Origin: an uncultured Bdellovibrionales bacterium
GTDB lineage: Bacteria; Patescibacteriota; Minisyncoccia; Moranbacterales; UBA9337
Length of the DNA: 64,000 bases
Direction: 5' to 3'
Assembly (NCBI GenBank): GCA_964605525.1
Contig: CAZSCV010000001.1
Location: forward strand, 18,424 to 82,423
Below are positions 41,216-51,024 of the stretch, one piece after another. A model generated the notes under the pieces. The model was not told where the DNA came from, did no database searches, and saw only the letters and a list, made by a program, of their open reading frames with translations. The translations under genes were made by a program, and so were the position numbers. Position 1 is the stretch's first letter. Every line of letters begins with the position of its first letter.

Positions 41216-41611
41216 CTATTTTCTATCAAGAATACTGGCCAATTCCCTTATTCTATCCTGGTTTATTTCCTTTTTTTCCGGCGCTGGTCCGCTTTTGGAA
41301 ACTTCTTTTGGCGCGCTCTTTTGCGCCTTCCGCCCTTCTTTCTTCCAAACATACACTTTCGGGCGGAAAAAAAACATTCCGGCGGAAAAAATAAACGTTA
41401 TCAATGATTGATTATATGGCCGATAAAAGGCCAGTGCCAAAAAAAACAATGCAAGCGGAATAGCAATTGCAAAAAAAACTCCTTGCGTCACAACATTCCA
41501 CAAAATCAGCAAAATAACTCCCAAAATAAACATCCAAAGCAGCGCCTTTCCCGTAAAAGGGCCAACAATTTTATCTTCAACATCAATAAATTGGGGTGTT
41601 CCAAATAACAT
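41216..41611 (-). CDS. PrgI-family (VirB3-like) protein
   Basis: PQFIDVEDKIVGPFT, two TMs, PKVYVWKK. Confidence 0.85.
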   Translation of the reverse strand: MLFGTPQFIDVEDKIVGPFTGKALLWMFILGVILLILWNVVTQGVFFAIAIPLALFFLALAFYRPYNQSLITFIFSAGMFFFRPKVYVWKKEGRKAQKSAPKEVSKSGPAPEKKEINQDRIRELASILDRK

Positions 41612-42907
41612 CTACTTTTTCAGATCAATTACATTTGACGGGGTTTCAAAATCCCGCTTCTTATCCTTATTTGAAAACAAGCTCAAGGGCTTGATTATAT
41701 AAGGATTTTCTTCTTCATCGTCCTCTTTTTTTTGCTGTCGCTTTCTTTCATCCTCTTTTTGGGCCGCCTCTTTTCTCTCTCTTTCTATTTTTCCTCTTTC
41801 TATTTCTTCAGCTAATTTTTTTTCCGCCTCCTCCTTCTCCTTTCGCTCTTTCCTTTTTTCAATATCTTGCTGCTCAGCCTTTTTCTGTTTTTCAATTTCA
41901 AGAATTTTTTCCGCTTGTTTCTCTTTTTCTCTTTTAGCCATCTCGGCTTCTACTCCCAATTGATTATTTTTTTCTTTTTTATCCATTATTGAATATCCCC
42001 CGGAAACAACGGCTTCTTCTTGAATTTTTCGATTCAATTTGGCCAGCCCCGCCGGTTCTTCTTCCACTTTCTTGACCGGCTTTATTCTTTCCGCATTGCC
42101 GGAAGACTCTTCTTTTTTAACTGCTGGCTTTGAAACCGGAAAGAATTTGTGAAAATTGCTTTTCAGACTACCTTCTTTTATTGGCATTTTTCTGTCTTTG
42201 TATTCAGGAAAAATCACTTTTTTTTCTTCCTGATCAATATCCATCAATTCCCCGTCTTCCAGTGATTTTATAATTGCCATCATTTTTTGGCGTTCTTCGG
42301 CGCTCAAATTTTTGGCATTTTTTCCGTGGTACAAATAATCCCCTCTTTGCATCAAATCGTGCTTTCCCGCACCCATTTCATGATAATAATCATCAATCCA
42401 GTTTTTTATTGAGGGACGAATCGCATCAGAAAACCCTCTTCCTTTCAATGAAATCCCCGAGAGAGCCTGCTCGCCAATTTCCGGAATCTTCTTCATCACA
42501 TCTTCAATATTCATTTTCACGATATTTTTATTTGCTCCTAAACTTTCATCATTAATAATTGTTCGCAAAACCTCTTGCGTTATTTTTTTTGCATTTTCTT
42601 CATCTATTCCTGTTTCTTTTATTAAAACGCTTGCAAATTCATCCTTTTTCACCTCGCCAAAATAATAACTGCGCACCAAACGGGCAATTGAAGCAGTTTT
42701 TTGCAAATCAAATCCAAAACCTTGTCCAATCTTAAAAATCTTTTCCCCGGTTACATAAGACGCCAGCTTATCTTTTACGTTCTCTGGTAATTTCAAAAAT
42801 TTTTCTTGCCTCTCAATTATTTGCTCATCAGTTTCATCTTCATTTTTCAGAGTAACTGAAACCAATTGAGGAATAGTATTTCTATTTTTTATTAGCTTAT
42901 CCTCCAT
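41612..42907 (-). CDS. Hypothetical protein with charged coiled-coil C-terminus
   Basis: 431-aa ORF within the T4SS cluster; ends NVIDLKK. Confidence 0.7.
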   Translation of the reverse strand: MEDKLIKNRNTIPQLVSVTLKNEDETDEQIIERQEKFLKLPENVKDKLASYVTGEKIFKIGQGFGFDLQKTASIARLVRSYYFGEVKKDEFASVLIKETGIDEENAKKITQEVLRTIINDESLGANKNIVKMNIEDVMKKIPEIGEQALSGISLKGRGFSDAIRPSIKNWIDDYYHEMGAGKHDLMQRGDYLYHGKNAKNLSAEERQKMMAIIKSLEDGELMDIDQEEKKVIFPEYKDRKMPIKEGSLKSNFHKFFPVSKPAVKKEESSGNAERIKPVKKVEEEPAGLAKLNRKIQEEAVVSGGYSIMDKKEKNNQLGVEAEMAKREKEKQAEKILEIEKQKKAEQQDIEKRKERKEKEEAEKKLAEEIERGKIERERKEAAQKEDERKRQQKKEDDEEENPYIIKPLSLFSNKDKKRDFETPSNVIDLKK

Positions 42908-42944
42908 TTTTTTTCCAAATTATTATACTTTTCTTTACTTACAC

Positions 42945-44870
42945 CTACCACATTCTATTATTTTTTCCGGCTTTCAAATTCGTTCCACTCATTCCTTTTC
43001 GTATATTTGCTTGCCCCTCATCCCCATGTTCAAGATATGCCGCCATAGCTCCTGTTGTAATATCAGCATCACTTAAAACATTTTCCAAATCCAACTTCTT
43101 CCAATCATCTGTTTTTATATTCATAAATTCTTTTTGTGCAACATTTTTTCTTTCCGAAGAAATTGCAACCAAGTTAGATGGAGCAATTCCCTTATTCTTT
43201 ATATTTTCTCCTGCTTTTTGATTAATAATCAAATCAATTCTCTTTTCCTTAACCTTCGAATCAAGAATTTCTTTCAGAGCATTATCTCCCTTAACTGCGA
43301 CAGTTGCAGTATCAAACTGCATTTGAGCTGTAATTTTATTTCCTTTTTCATCAGTATAATCCCTAAATCCTTTATTTTCAGCCAATTCCATTGCAGCTGC
43401 TTTTTTCTCAATACTACTTCCAGTTTGAAGACTTTTCCTAACTTCACTATCGGAAACTTTATCTTCCTTCCACTCTTTTCGTAAAGTAGCAACTTTCTTT
43501 CTTTCATAATCTCTTTGAGCTTCATCACCCGCACTCCATTTACCTTTTGACATCCTTGCTCCCATTTTCTCCTCCCTTAATGCTCTTGCTTCAGATCCAC
43601 CATATTTAAATTTTCCAATACCTAATTGTCTTCCTGCAATATTTCCTGTTTTCTTAAACTCATCTACAGCCTTACTTGCTCCACCTGAAATACCAGTCGC
43701 GCCCAATCCAAATGCCATCGCTTTTCCTGGTGCTTTCCTAAATTTTGTTCCTATATCTTTTGCAACCGATGTTATTTTTCCTGCGCCGTAAATATTCATT
43801 TTTGTGGCAACTAGCATTCCCGACCAAAGAATTATCATTGGAATAAAAAAGAAAGAAGCTGTTGCAAGTAAGTCGCCATTTTCAGCTGGAATTTTGTAAT
43901 TAGCCGCCAACGTATTTATACTGTCCGCGCCAATAAGCCTTGTGTTTCCAAGTTCATCCATAAGCCGCAAGGATAAAAGAAACATAAACATCATAATTGG
44001 CCCAACAAGAGCATACTTAAACAAATAATCCCACCATTCTCCCATTTTTGAAAAACTGGGAAAAATCGGACCCACAAAACCCAGTGGGGAAAAAATAATT
44101 ATCAAAGCTAGGACAATTATTCGCACTAGGAAAATTCCCGCCATAGCAATAAGGGTTATCGCCATTAGGAATGAAAAAACAATAAGAAGAAGTAATTTTA
44201 CTGTCAAATCAGAATCGGAATTAATCGAAGAGGAACCCTCTGGAATAACCAAATTAACTAACTTTGAATTATCAAGAAAAGCGGCGGAAATACTATCACT
44301 TGAATAATTATACCCTGGAAAAGCTTGTTCGATAAAAAAATACATCGTTACATTTGTTGTATCAATAATAAAACGTGAAACCGGAAAACTAAAATTCACC
44401 AAAAGCGCCATCAAGACCACCATAAGTAAAATATTTTTTTTCAAAAGATGATATTTATCAATTTGAAAAACTGTTGAAAAGGCACTAAAAAGAAGCACTA
44501 AAATGAAACTCAGATTCATAAAATCCCGCACAATCAACCAACCGGAATAAACTCCATCACTGCGAATTATTCCACTTATATTAGTCGGATTAATAGACCA
44601 ATCAAACACAAGCCCTGCCATCCAAATAAAAAAAGTAAGCAGTAGCCAAGCTCCATACAAAAGATAATTAATTCCCAATATAAATCCATTTTGCAAACTA
44701 TCCAAAGTTGAATCTACTGGGTTTAAAAAATCAAATGCGGCATTGGCTTGATTTAAGAAACCTCCACTTGCTTCTATGGAAAAATTAAAAACAAAAAAGA
44801 ATATCACAAAGACCAATAAAATTTTGGTAATATTTTTTTTATTTAAATTGTTTTTTATTTTTTGTTTCAT
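42945..44870 (-). CDS. VirB6/TrbL-like polytopic T4SS membrane protein
   Basis: GWLIVRDFMN, MALLVNFS..VSRFIID, RIIVL..IIFSPLGF, WW..LFKYALVGP; Gly/Ala-rich tail. Confidence 0.75.
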   Translation of the reverse strand: MKQKIKNNLNKKNITKILLVFVIFFFVFNFSIEASGGFLNQANAAFDFLNPVDSTLDSLQNGFILGINYLLYGAWLLLTFFIWMAGLVFDWSINPTNISGIIRSDGVYSGWLIVRDFMNLSFILVLLFSAFSTVFQIDKYHLLKKNILLMVVLMALLVNFSFPVSRFIIDTTNVTMYFFIEQAFPGYNYSSDSISAAFLDNSKLVNLVIPEGSSSINSDSDLTVKLLLLIVFSFLMAITLIAMAGIFLVRIIVLALIIIFSPLGFVGPIFPSFSKMGEWWDYLFKYALVGPIMMFMFLLSLRLMDELGNTRLIGADSINTLAANYKIPAENGDLLATASFFFIPMIILWSGMLVATKMNIYGAGKITSVAKDIGTKFRKAPGKAMAFGLGATGISGGASKAVDEFKKTGNIAGRQLGIGKFKYGGSEARALREEKMGARMSKGKWSAGDEAQRDYERKKVATLRKEWKEDKVSDSEVRKSLQTGSSIEKKAAAMELAENKGFRDYTDEKGNKITAQMQFDTATVAVKGDNALKEILDSKVKEKRIDLIINQKAGENIKNKGIAPSNLVAISSERKNVAQKEFMNIKTDDWKKLDLENVLSDADITTGAMAAYLEHGDEGQANIRKGMSGTNLKAGKNNRMW

Positions 44871-44994
44871 CTCTATTACTGTCCGTGGAATAATATTTCA
44901 CCTAAAACAAAAGTTTCTTTTTCTACTCAAATATTATATCAGATTTTTAAAAATAAACAAAATAACTAAAAAGATAAAAAGATGCTTTTTTTGA

Positions 44995-45325
44995 AAACTC
45001 TTTTTATTTTTTTCAATTTGAAGGAGTAGTGGTTATTATATACTGTATATATATATAATTTATTAATATATATTATTAAGAAGAGATAAATTGTTGATAA
45101 ATAAAAATAAGACAATAAATAAAAGAAAAAACAGTAGAATAATTTGTGGATAAGAAGTAAGAAAAAGAAGGTGTAAAATCTGGGGAAAAGGGTGGATAAA
45201 ATTAAATAAGGTGGGAAAAATAAAAATATGTAAAAATATCAACAGAAAGAGCTGGGAGATATGGACAGGGATATTAACAGAAAAATGGCGGTTTTAAACA
45301 GGTTATCCACAAATAAGTGAATAAA
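44995..45325. other. Probable replication origin (AT-rich tract plus DnaA-box cluster)
   Basis: AT tract ~45034-45080; TGTTGATAA 45092, TGTGGATAA 45145, TGGGGAAAA 45181, GGTGGATAA 45191, ATATCAACA 45236, TTATCCACA 45303, AGTGAATAA 45316; apparent C-rich to G-rich switch here. Confidence 0.7.
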
Positions 45326-45359
45326 AAATACTCACCACTTATTTGGGTGAGTATTTTTT
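45323..45359 (-). terminator. Terminator of the LysM-CHAP gene
   Basis: AAAAAATACTCACC...GGTGAGTATTTTTT. Confidence 0.8.
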
Positions 45360-45383
45360 AAGGAAAATAAAGTTATTTTTTTA

Positions 45384-46631
45384 TTAATAAATATAACCTT
45401 TAATAACTCTGCTGGCGGTAGATATCGTTCGGGTACTTTTCTTTCCCCAGCCTTTATAATTCATCTCGGATACAGTAATTGTGTTTTTACTAACACTTTC
45501 AACAATAGCCACATGACCCCACCAAGATTCTGAGGAAACCATAATAGAGCCTTTTTGTGGGGTTTTTCCGGTTTTATATCCCATAATTTTAGCTTGATAT
45601 AGCCAAGTTCCAGCATTTCCACCCCAAGGAATAAAGCGTTTTTGGGCTACATACCAAGTACAATAGCCATATGGGAAGATGTGTCCAGCTCCTGCTTTTC
45701 CTTTAAGTTCCTTTAAACCTGAAGTTGTTGGTGTTCCTCCTGAGGGAGTGGCATATTCTCTGCGGTCAATAATAGAAGAGGTATTTTGATTTTGTGTGGG
45801 AATTTCTTTTTGTCCTCCGGGAATAATGATTTCTTGTTTTTCCTTTAACTCCCCATTGGCGGGTAAATCATTGAAAGAAATAATTTTACTTTTATCAGCC
45901 TCATATTCTTTAGCGATTGAGTCAATAGTATCCCCATTTTTCACAACATAAGTTAACCCGGCTACTGGAAGAATAAAGATTTGGTCGCCAGGCATAATAG
46001 AATCAATATCTTCAATGTCATTAGCCCATAAAATGGTGTTAATGGTAATATTGTTTGCTTTAGCGATAGCGCCAAGATTTTCACCTTCTTTAACTGTGTG
46101 GATTTTAACCCCCCCGTTTTCTTCTGGATCTTTTAATGTCGGACTGGAATCAGCTAAAAGCACCTGATTTTGTGAATCTTTTAATATTTCATTCTCTTCT
46201 TCTTTTGGATTTGGATTTACTGAAGTGCTAGCCATTGCGAGGGGAACTAAAACTAGGTCATTCTTTTGCATAACCTGTCCGCTAAAAAAAGCGTTTTGGG
46301 AATTGTTAACCTCGTCATTTTTCCAATAGCCAAACAAAAAACCGCTCGACTTTCCTTCGGCTGCCAAATTAGTAGAGGCTACTAAGATAGCGCTAGAAAT
46401 TACAACAACCAGCGCTGAGTAGTTTCTGAGCATATGAAGAACCGGAATGGTTCGCCTTTGCTTGATAAAGGTGGTGATGTTTTTTTGTCTGCGGTAAAGG
46501 CTTTTCTGTATTTTTTTTGTTTCGAGTTTTTTGAAAACATTGGCAATAAACAAAAGTTGTTTACTAATAGGTTTAATTCTTTCTGTTGGTTTTAATGGTA
46601 GATTCATAAAATATCGGTAAAACCGATCCAA
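45384..46631 (-). CDS. LysM x2 + CHAP peptidoglycan hydrolase
   Basis: HTVKEGENLGAIA...WAN, YVVKNGDTIDSIA; FPYGYCTWYVA, WGGNAGTW, GHVAIVE, VSEMNY; start may be 46607. Confidence 0.9.
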   Translation of the reverse strand: MDRFYRYFMNLPLKPTERIKPISKQLLFIANVFKKLETKKIQKSLYRRQKNITTFIKQRRTIPVLHMLRNYSALVVVISSAILVASTNLAAEGKSSGFLFGYWKNDEVNNSQNAFFSGQVMQKNDLVLVPLAMASTSVNPNPKEEENEILKDSQNQVLLADSSPTLKDPEENGGVKIHTVKEGENLGAIAKANNITINTILWANDIEDIDSIMPGDQIFILPVAGLTYVVKNGDTIDSIAKEYEADKSKIISFNDLPANGELKEKQEIIIPGGQKEIPTQNQNTSSIIDRREYATPSGGTPTTSGLKELKGKAGAGHIFPYGYCTWYVAQKRFIPWGGNAGTWLYQAKIMGYKTGKTPQKGSIMVSSESWWGHVAIVESVSKNTITVSEMNYKGWGKKSTRTISTASRVIKGYIY

Positions 46632-46883
46632 TCAATGAATCATCTAATAAAACCCTAATTATTATTTCTTGCATTCAATTATATGGCGGAAGGAAGGGTT
46701 TGTCAACGTAAATTTCAGAAGTTATCAACAGCCAGAATAATCGCTTAGGCAGGGGCGTTTTGAAGGAGAATGATATTTATTAAAGGGTAGCTTTTTAAAA
46801 AAAGAGAAATGAGGTAGAATTAGCTCATTAAGCGACGGACTAAGAATGTTTTTTAAAAAAGGATAATGTTTAGTGTTCAAAAA

Positions 46884-47789
46884 ATGAAAAAAATAGAAAA
46901 TTTGACAGTTGAATTTCTTGAGCATCTGGAGATTGAATTGGGAAGATCGCAAAAAACCATTGAAAACTATCATCACTACGTGAAAAGATTTTTACAGTGG
47001 GCGAAAATAAGCGCGCCGGATCAAATAACCCTGGATCTGGTTAGAAAATATAGATTATATCTGAATCGCTTGGAGGATGAAAAGGGTAATTTATTAAAAA
47101 AAACCACCCAAAATTACCATATCATAGCCTTGCGAAATTTTCTCAAATATCTGGCTAAAAGAGATATATCCTCGCTTTCGGCGGAAAAATTGGAAGTGGG
47201 TAGGAATCCGCAAAAAGAAGTGGAATTTCTGAATGGAGATGAAGTGGGGCGCATCTTGCAATGTGTTAATGGAGAGGATTTGAAATCTTTGCGCGACCGG
47301 TCAATTCTGGAGCTTTTGTTTTCTGCCGGGCTTCGAGTTTCAGAGCTTACTGGTATTAATAGAGATCAAATTAACCTAAAAAATCAAGAGTTTAGTGTGC
47401 GTGGAAAGGGTGATAAGGTGCGAGTGGTTTTTATTTCTGATACTGCCAAGCAAATTCTGGAAAGATATATAAGCAAAAGGGTTGATATTGACCAGGCGCT
47501 GTTTGTAAGGATTATGAAAAATCCGCAAAATAAGGAAGATTTGCGGTTGACCCCGCGCAGTATTCAGCGAATAGTCAAATATTATGCACATAAGGCGGGT
47601 ATCGTGAAAGATGTTCATCCACACACACTCAGGCACAGCTTCGCGACTGATTTACTCAGCAACGGCGCGGATATTCGCTCAGTTCAGGCAATGCTCGGAC
47701 ATTCTTCAATCACCACCACACAGATTTATACACATGTTACTAACAGACAATTAAAAGATATCCACAAGAAGTTTCATCGAAAAAAGTGA
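46884..47789 (+). CDS. XerC/XerD-family tyrosine recombinase
   Basis: RDRSILELLFSAGLRVSEL, VRGKGDKVR, HPHTLRHSFATDLL, LGHSSITTTQIYTHV. Confidence 0.93.
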   Translation: MKKIENLTVEFLEHLEIELGRSQKTIENYHHYVKRFLQWAKISAPDQITLDLVRKYRLYLNRLEDEKGNLLKKTTQNYHIIALRNFLKYLAKRDISSLSAEKLEVGRNPQKEVEFLNGDEVGRILQCVNGEDLKSLRDRSILELLFSAGLRVSELTGINRDQINLKNQEFSVRGKGDKVRVVFISDTAKQILERYISKRVDIDQALFVRIMKNPQNKEDLRLTPRSIQRIVKYYAHKAGIVKDVHPHTLRHSFATDLLSNGADIRSVQAMLGHSSITTTQIYTHVTNRQLKDIHKKFHRKK

Positions 47790-47885
47790 GTAAATAGTGA
47801 AAGCTTAGCTTGTAAACTAATCTTTCTTTAATAATAACAATAGTGCTACTGCAAAATTTTGCGATCGTGATTATTTTACAAGTTT

Positions 47886-48665
47886 TTATTTTTTTGTTGC
47901 AGTTAGAAAAAATAGCTGCCAATTTAATTGAAAATAGCCATTTGTTTTATTTAAGCCCAATATTTTTTTTGCTAATTCCAATGATTTTTGTTTAGCGCAA
48001 TTTGCATTGTGAAGTAAATGAATAAAATTTTTCGCCTCATCGATATTTTTGAAATTCCATGGCATATTCAAAACCTCAATCTTTACCTCCGAAAAACCTA
48101 TATTTTTAAGAATTTTTTGAAGACGTTCTTTTGAAAAAAAATCATGCGGATGTCCATTGGGATAACAAAAAAGCGGATTATCAAGGGCATTAAAATATTT
48201 TTGAGTATTGGTGTTGTGTAAAACATCAGCTATTACTAACTTTCCATTCGGCTTGAGTAAGTTGTAAGTTTCTTTTAATAATTTAATCCTGCCGCTTTCT
48301 CCCGAGTCATCTTTTTTGTTGTCAAAATGGTGAAGAGTTGCGAGTGTCGCGACTTTATCAAACTTATTGAAATATATTTTAGAAAAAAAGTTTTTTTCTT
48401 TTGGTTTGATTAAAATGGTTTTTATTGGTAGTTTGGTGGTTTTTCTTTTTATTTCATTTAAATTACCATTATTAATATCAGCAGTAAAAACATGAGTGCA
48501 TAATTTTGCTAAGGGTATGGTTAAAAATCCGCTTCCGGTTCCAATTTCTAAAACAATATCTTCTTTTCGAGGATTTATTAGGGAAATAATTTTTTCAAGC
48601 TCATTTTTTCTAACACCTAAGTTATTTAGATGCGCTTTTCGATAGTTTTTCCAACGATTTTTCAT
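47886..48665 (-). CDS. Class I SAM-dependent methyltransferase
   Basis: VLEIGTGSGFLT, FDKV...LHHF, LKPNGKLVIAD. Confidence 0.85.
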   Translation of the reverse strand: MKNRWKNYRKAHLNNLGVRKNELEKIISLINPRKEDIVLEIGTGSGFLTIPLAKLCTHVFTADINNGNLNEIKRKTTKLPIKTILIKPKEKNFFSKIYFNKFDKVATLATLHHFDNKKDDSGESGRIKLLKETYNLLKPNGKLVIADVLHNTNTQKYFNALDNPLFCYPNGHPHDFFSKERLQKILKNIGFSEVKIEVLNMPWNFKNIDEAKNFIHLLHNANCAKQKSLELAKKILGLNKTNGYFQLNWQLFFLTATKK

Positions 48666-48693
48666 TTATTTTTTTGATAATTAAAAAATTTAG

Positions 48694-48725
48694 GTCGATC
48701 TGGTTTTTTAAAAAACCAGATCGAC
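48694..48725. repeat. Perfect 32-bp palindrome between the radical SAM and methyltransferase genes
   Basis: GTCGATCTGGTTTTTT|AAAAAACCAGATCGAC. Confidence 0.85.
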
Positions 48726-48731
48726 TAGTTA

Positions 48732-50063
48732 TCAAACTTTTGAAAGAAAATTTTGATATATTTTAATCAAAACCTCCTTTGATAGTGGTGTTTTGAGCAC
48801 AGGATAAGAGCAGTCAGATTCAAGGAAGTCACTGCGAATTATCCAATCGTTTTTAATGCACTGGCGATAGAATTCTGTTCCAGGAAATGGTGTAATGAAG
48901 GCAACATACGTGTGTTTTATTAGGCCTTTTTTTACAAAAAAGAGGTAATCGTTTAATGATTTGTGTAATTTTCTCTCGGTTTCCCATGGATAGCCAATCA
49001 TTAAACTACTCCAGACATCAATCCCTGCTTCTGTGGCTGTTTCAACTGCTGTTTTGACTTGTTCGGGGTTTGTTCCTTTGCCAAGTCTTCGTAGTGTTTC
49101 GGGATTCATAGACTCGATACCGAAAAAAAGTCCATTGCATCCTGCTTTTTTCATCAGCGCTAGATTAATCTTCCCTCTTGAAACATCATCTACTCGTGCA
49201 AAACAGCGCCAGTGAATTTCCCGCGACAACCCCCCTCTGATTAATCCTCTGCAAAATTTTTCGACCCGAATTGGATCAAATGTGAAAAGTTCATCGCAAA
49301 AAAAGAACCATGTTCGATCAAAAGTATCATAAAGAAATTGAATTTCTTTTATGATTCTTTCGGCAGAGCAAGCAACCACCTTTCCCGGATTCGAAATTGG
49401 AGTAGCACAATATTTGCATCTGAATTTGCAACCGCGGGTCGTGTGTAAGTATTCCAAGAATGGCGACTCATCTATTGAATGGTATTTTTCATAAGGCAAA
49501 TCGCTACGATCCGCAATTGGAAGTGTGTCAAGGTTGGAAATTCTTTGTCTGCTTTTTGTTGCGAATAATTCGCCATTTCGTATAAAAGCAATGCCGTCAA
49601 CTTCAGAGAAATTACTGCCTATCTTAAGTGTCTGTACGAGTTCCAAAAGGGTAATTTCACCTTCAAATGGAACTGCAAAATCAATTTCCGGATGATTTTT
49701 TAGGGTTTGACTGAGTGTTGACGAGCCATACTTTGTTTCGTCAACAAAAATTCCCGTAATATGTTCGCCGCCAAAAACCGTAACAATGTTTGGCTTTTTT
49801 ATTTTTAGCGATCTTGCCAGGAGAACTCCATTTGGAAAAACACAACTCATAGTTGAAAATCCAACAACATTGGGATTGAAAGAAATAATTTTTTCAATCA
49901 TTTCTTCATCCGTTTCATCAATTTGATGAAATACTCGAACATCAGCATATCCATTTGCCTTAAGATATGCCATTAAATAGCAAGCTCCTAATGGTGGGCG
50001 AGCAACATTGCCCATTGCGTTCATATTCTTTTGGCCGCATGGCACAACCAGTGCTATTTTCAT
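48732..50063 (-). CDS. Cobalamin-binding radical SAM enzyme (class B methylase-like)
   Basis: PPLGACYL, VGFS, VFGGEH, EGE, TRGCKFRCKYC (CxxxCxxC), FCDELF, FGIES, MIGYPWET, TPFPGT; AAGGAGG SD. Confidence 0.92.
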   Translation of the reverse strand: MKIALVVPCGQKNMNAMGNVARPPLGACYLMAYLKANGYADVRVFHQIDETDEEMIEKIISFNPNVVGFSTMSCVFPNGVLLARSLKIKKPNIVTVFGGEHITGIFVDETKYGSSTLSQTLKNHPEIDFAVPFEGEITLLELVQTLKIGSNFSEVDGIAFIRNGELFATKSRQRISNLDTLPIADRSDLPYEKYHSIDESPFLEYLHTTRGCKFRCKYCATPISNPGKVVACSAERIIKEIQFLYDTFDRTWFFFCDELFTFDPIRVEKFCRGLIRGGLSREIHWRCFARVDDVSRGKINLALMKKAGCNGLFFGIESMNPETLRRLGKGTNPEQVKTAVETATEAGIDVWSSLMIGYPWETERKLHKSLNDYLFFVKKGLIKHTYVAFITPFPGTEFYRQCIKNDWIIRSDFLESDCSYPVLKTPLSKEVLIKIYQNFLSKV

Positions 50064-50269
50064 CGTAACCTCCTTTTTTAGTTTAATGAACAATATCAAT
50101 TTCTTGTGAACTTGATATGATAATATAATATTTTTTAGGAAAAATGTCAAAAAATCCGATGATTTATTTAGATAAATGTAAAAAATGCTTAAAAGTGGCT
50201 ATTATTGACAGTAAAATTAAAACGATATAATATAATAATGTCATCGGAAAAACCGACATTTATAAAAAT

Positions 50270-50995
50270 ATGCTGGAAGCACTCAAAAAAATAGGAATGG
50301 AAAGCAAGCAAGCTAAAATATATTTAGCTTGTCTTGAAATTGGACAAGCTTCTATTATTGATGTTTCCAGAAAAACCGGCATTAAGCGAACAACAGTATA
50401 TGAAAACATTGAACAAATGACCCAAGAAGGCTTTATTCAAGAGACTTTTCAAGGTAAAAAAAGAAAATTTGTAGCATTGGAGCCTCGGGAGTTGAAAGAA
50501 TTATTAAGAAAAAGAGAAAATTTATTAAATCAGATAATGCCTCAGCTTCTTGCGATGGGCAATGCAAGCACGGTAAAGCCAAAAATTTGGACACAGCAGG
50601 GAAAAGAAGGAATGCTTGCAGTCTACGAAGATTCTTTGAATTATCCAGATAGCGAGGTAGTCGGCTGGGCTTCCGGTGAAGTAATTAAGCTTTTTTCCCA
50701 ACAAGAATGTGATGATTATATCCAAAAGAGAATTAAGAAGAAAATAATGCAGACATTAATTATGCCAAGCGACAAGGCTTCGAGTAATTTTGCAGAAAAT
50801 AACAAATATCAGTTGCGAAAAACAAAAATCGTTGATTTTGAGGAGTATCCATTTAAAATTGAAATAAATATGTACGCCAATCGGGTGGCTATTTTTTCCG
50901 TAAAAGACAAAATGGCAGTTATTTTGGAGTCGGAACCGATTGCTTCGGCAATGAGGATGATTTTCCGAATGTGTTGGAAAGGCTTACCGGAGTAA
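50270..50995 (+). CDS. TrmB-family regulator (paralog 5)
   Basis: AKIYLACLEIG...TGIKRTTVY; EINMYANRVAIFS...ILES...IFRMCW. Confidence 0.85.
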   Translation: MLEALKKIGMESKQAKIYLACLEIGQASIIDVSRKTGIKRTTVYENIEQMTQEGFIQETFQGKKRKFVALEPRELKELLRKRENLLNQIMPQLLAMGNASTVKPKIWTQQGKEGMLAVYEDSLNYPDSEVVGWASGEVIKLFSQQECDDYIQKRIKKKIMQTLIMPSDKASSNFAENNKYQLRKTKIVDFEEYPFKIEINMYANRVAIFSVKDKMAVILESEPIASAMRMIFRMCWKGLPE

Positions 50996-51024
50996 TTTTA
51001 ATCTTTTTGTGTTAAACTGAAATA

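Noticed and set aside
33638-44870. Integrative conjugative element
   Set aside because: No relaxase, coupling protein or att repeats seen; organisation matches the chromosomal CPR T4SS-like locus.
46884-47789. Integron integrase or prophage integrase driving the cassettes
   Set aside because: Looks like a housekeeping XerC/D with no IntI-specific insertion; no attC GTTRRRY pattern, dif site or phage genes recognised nearby.
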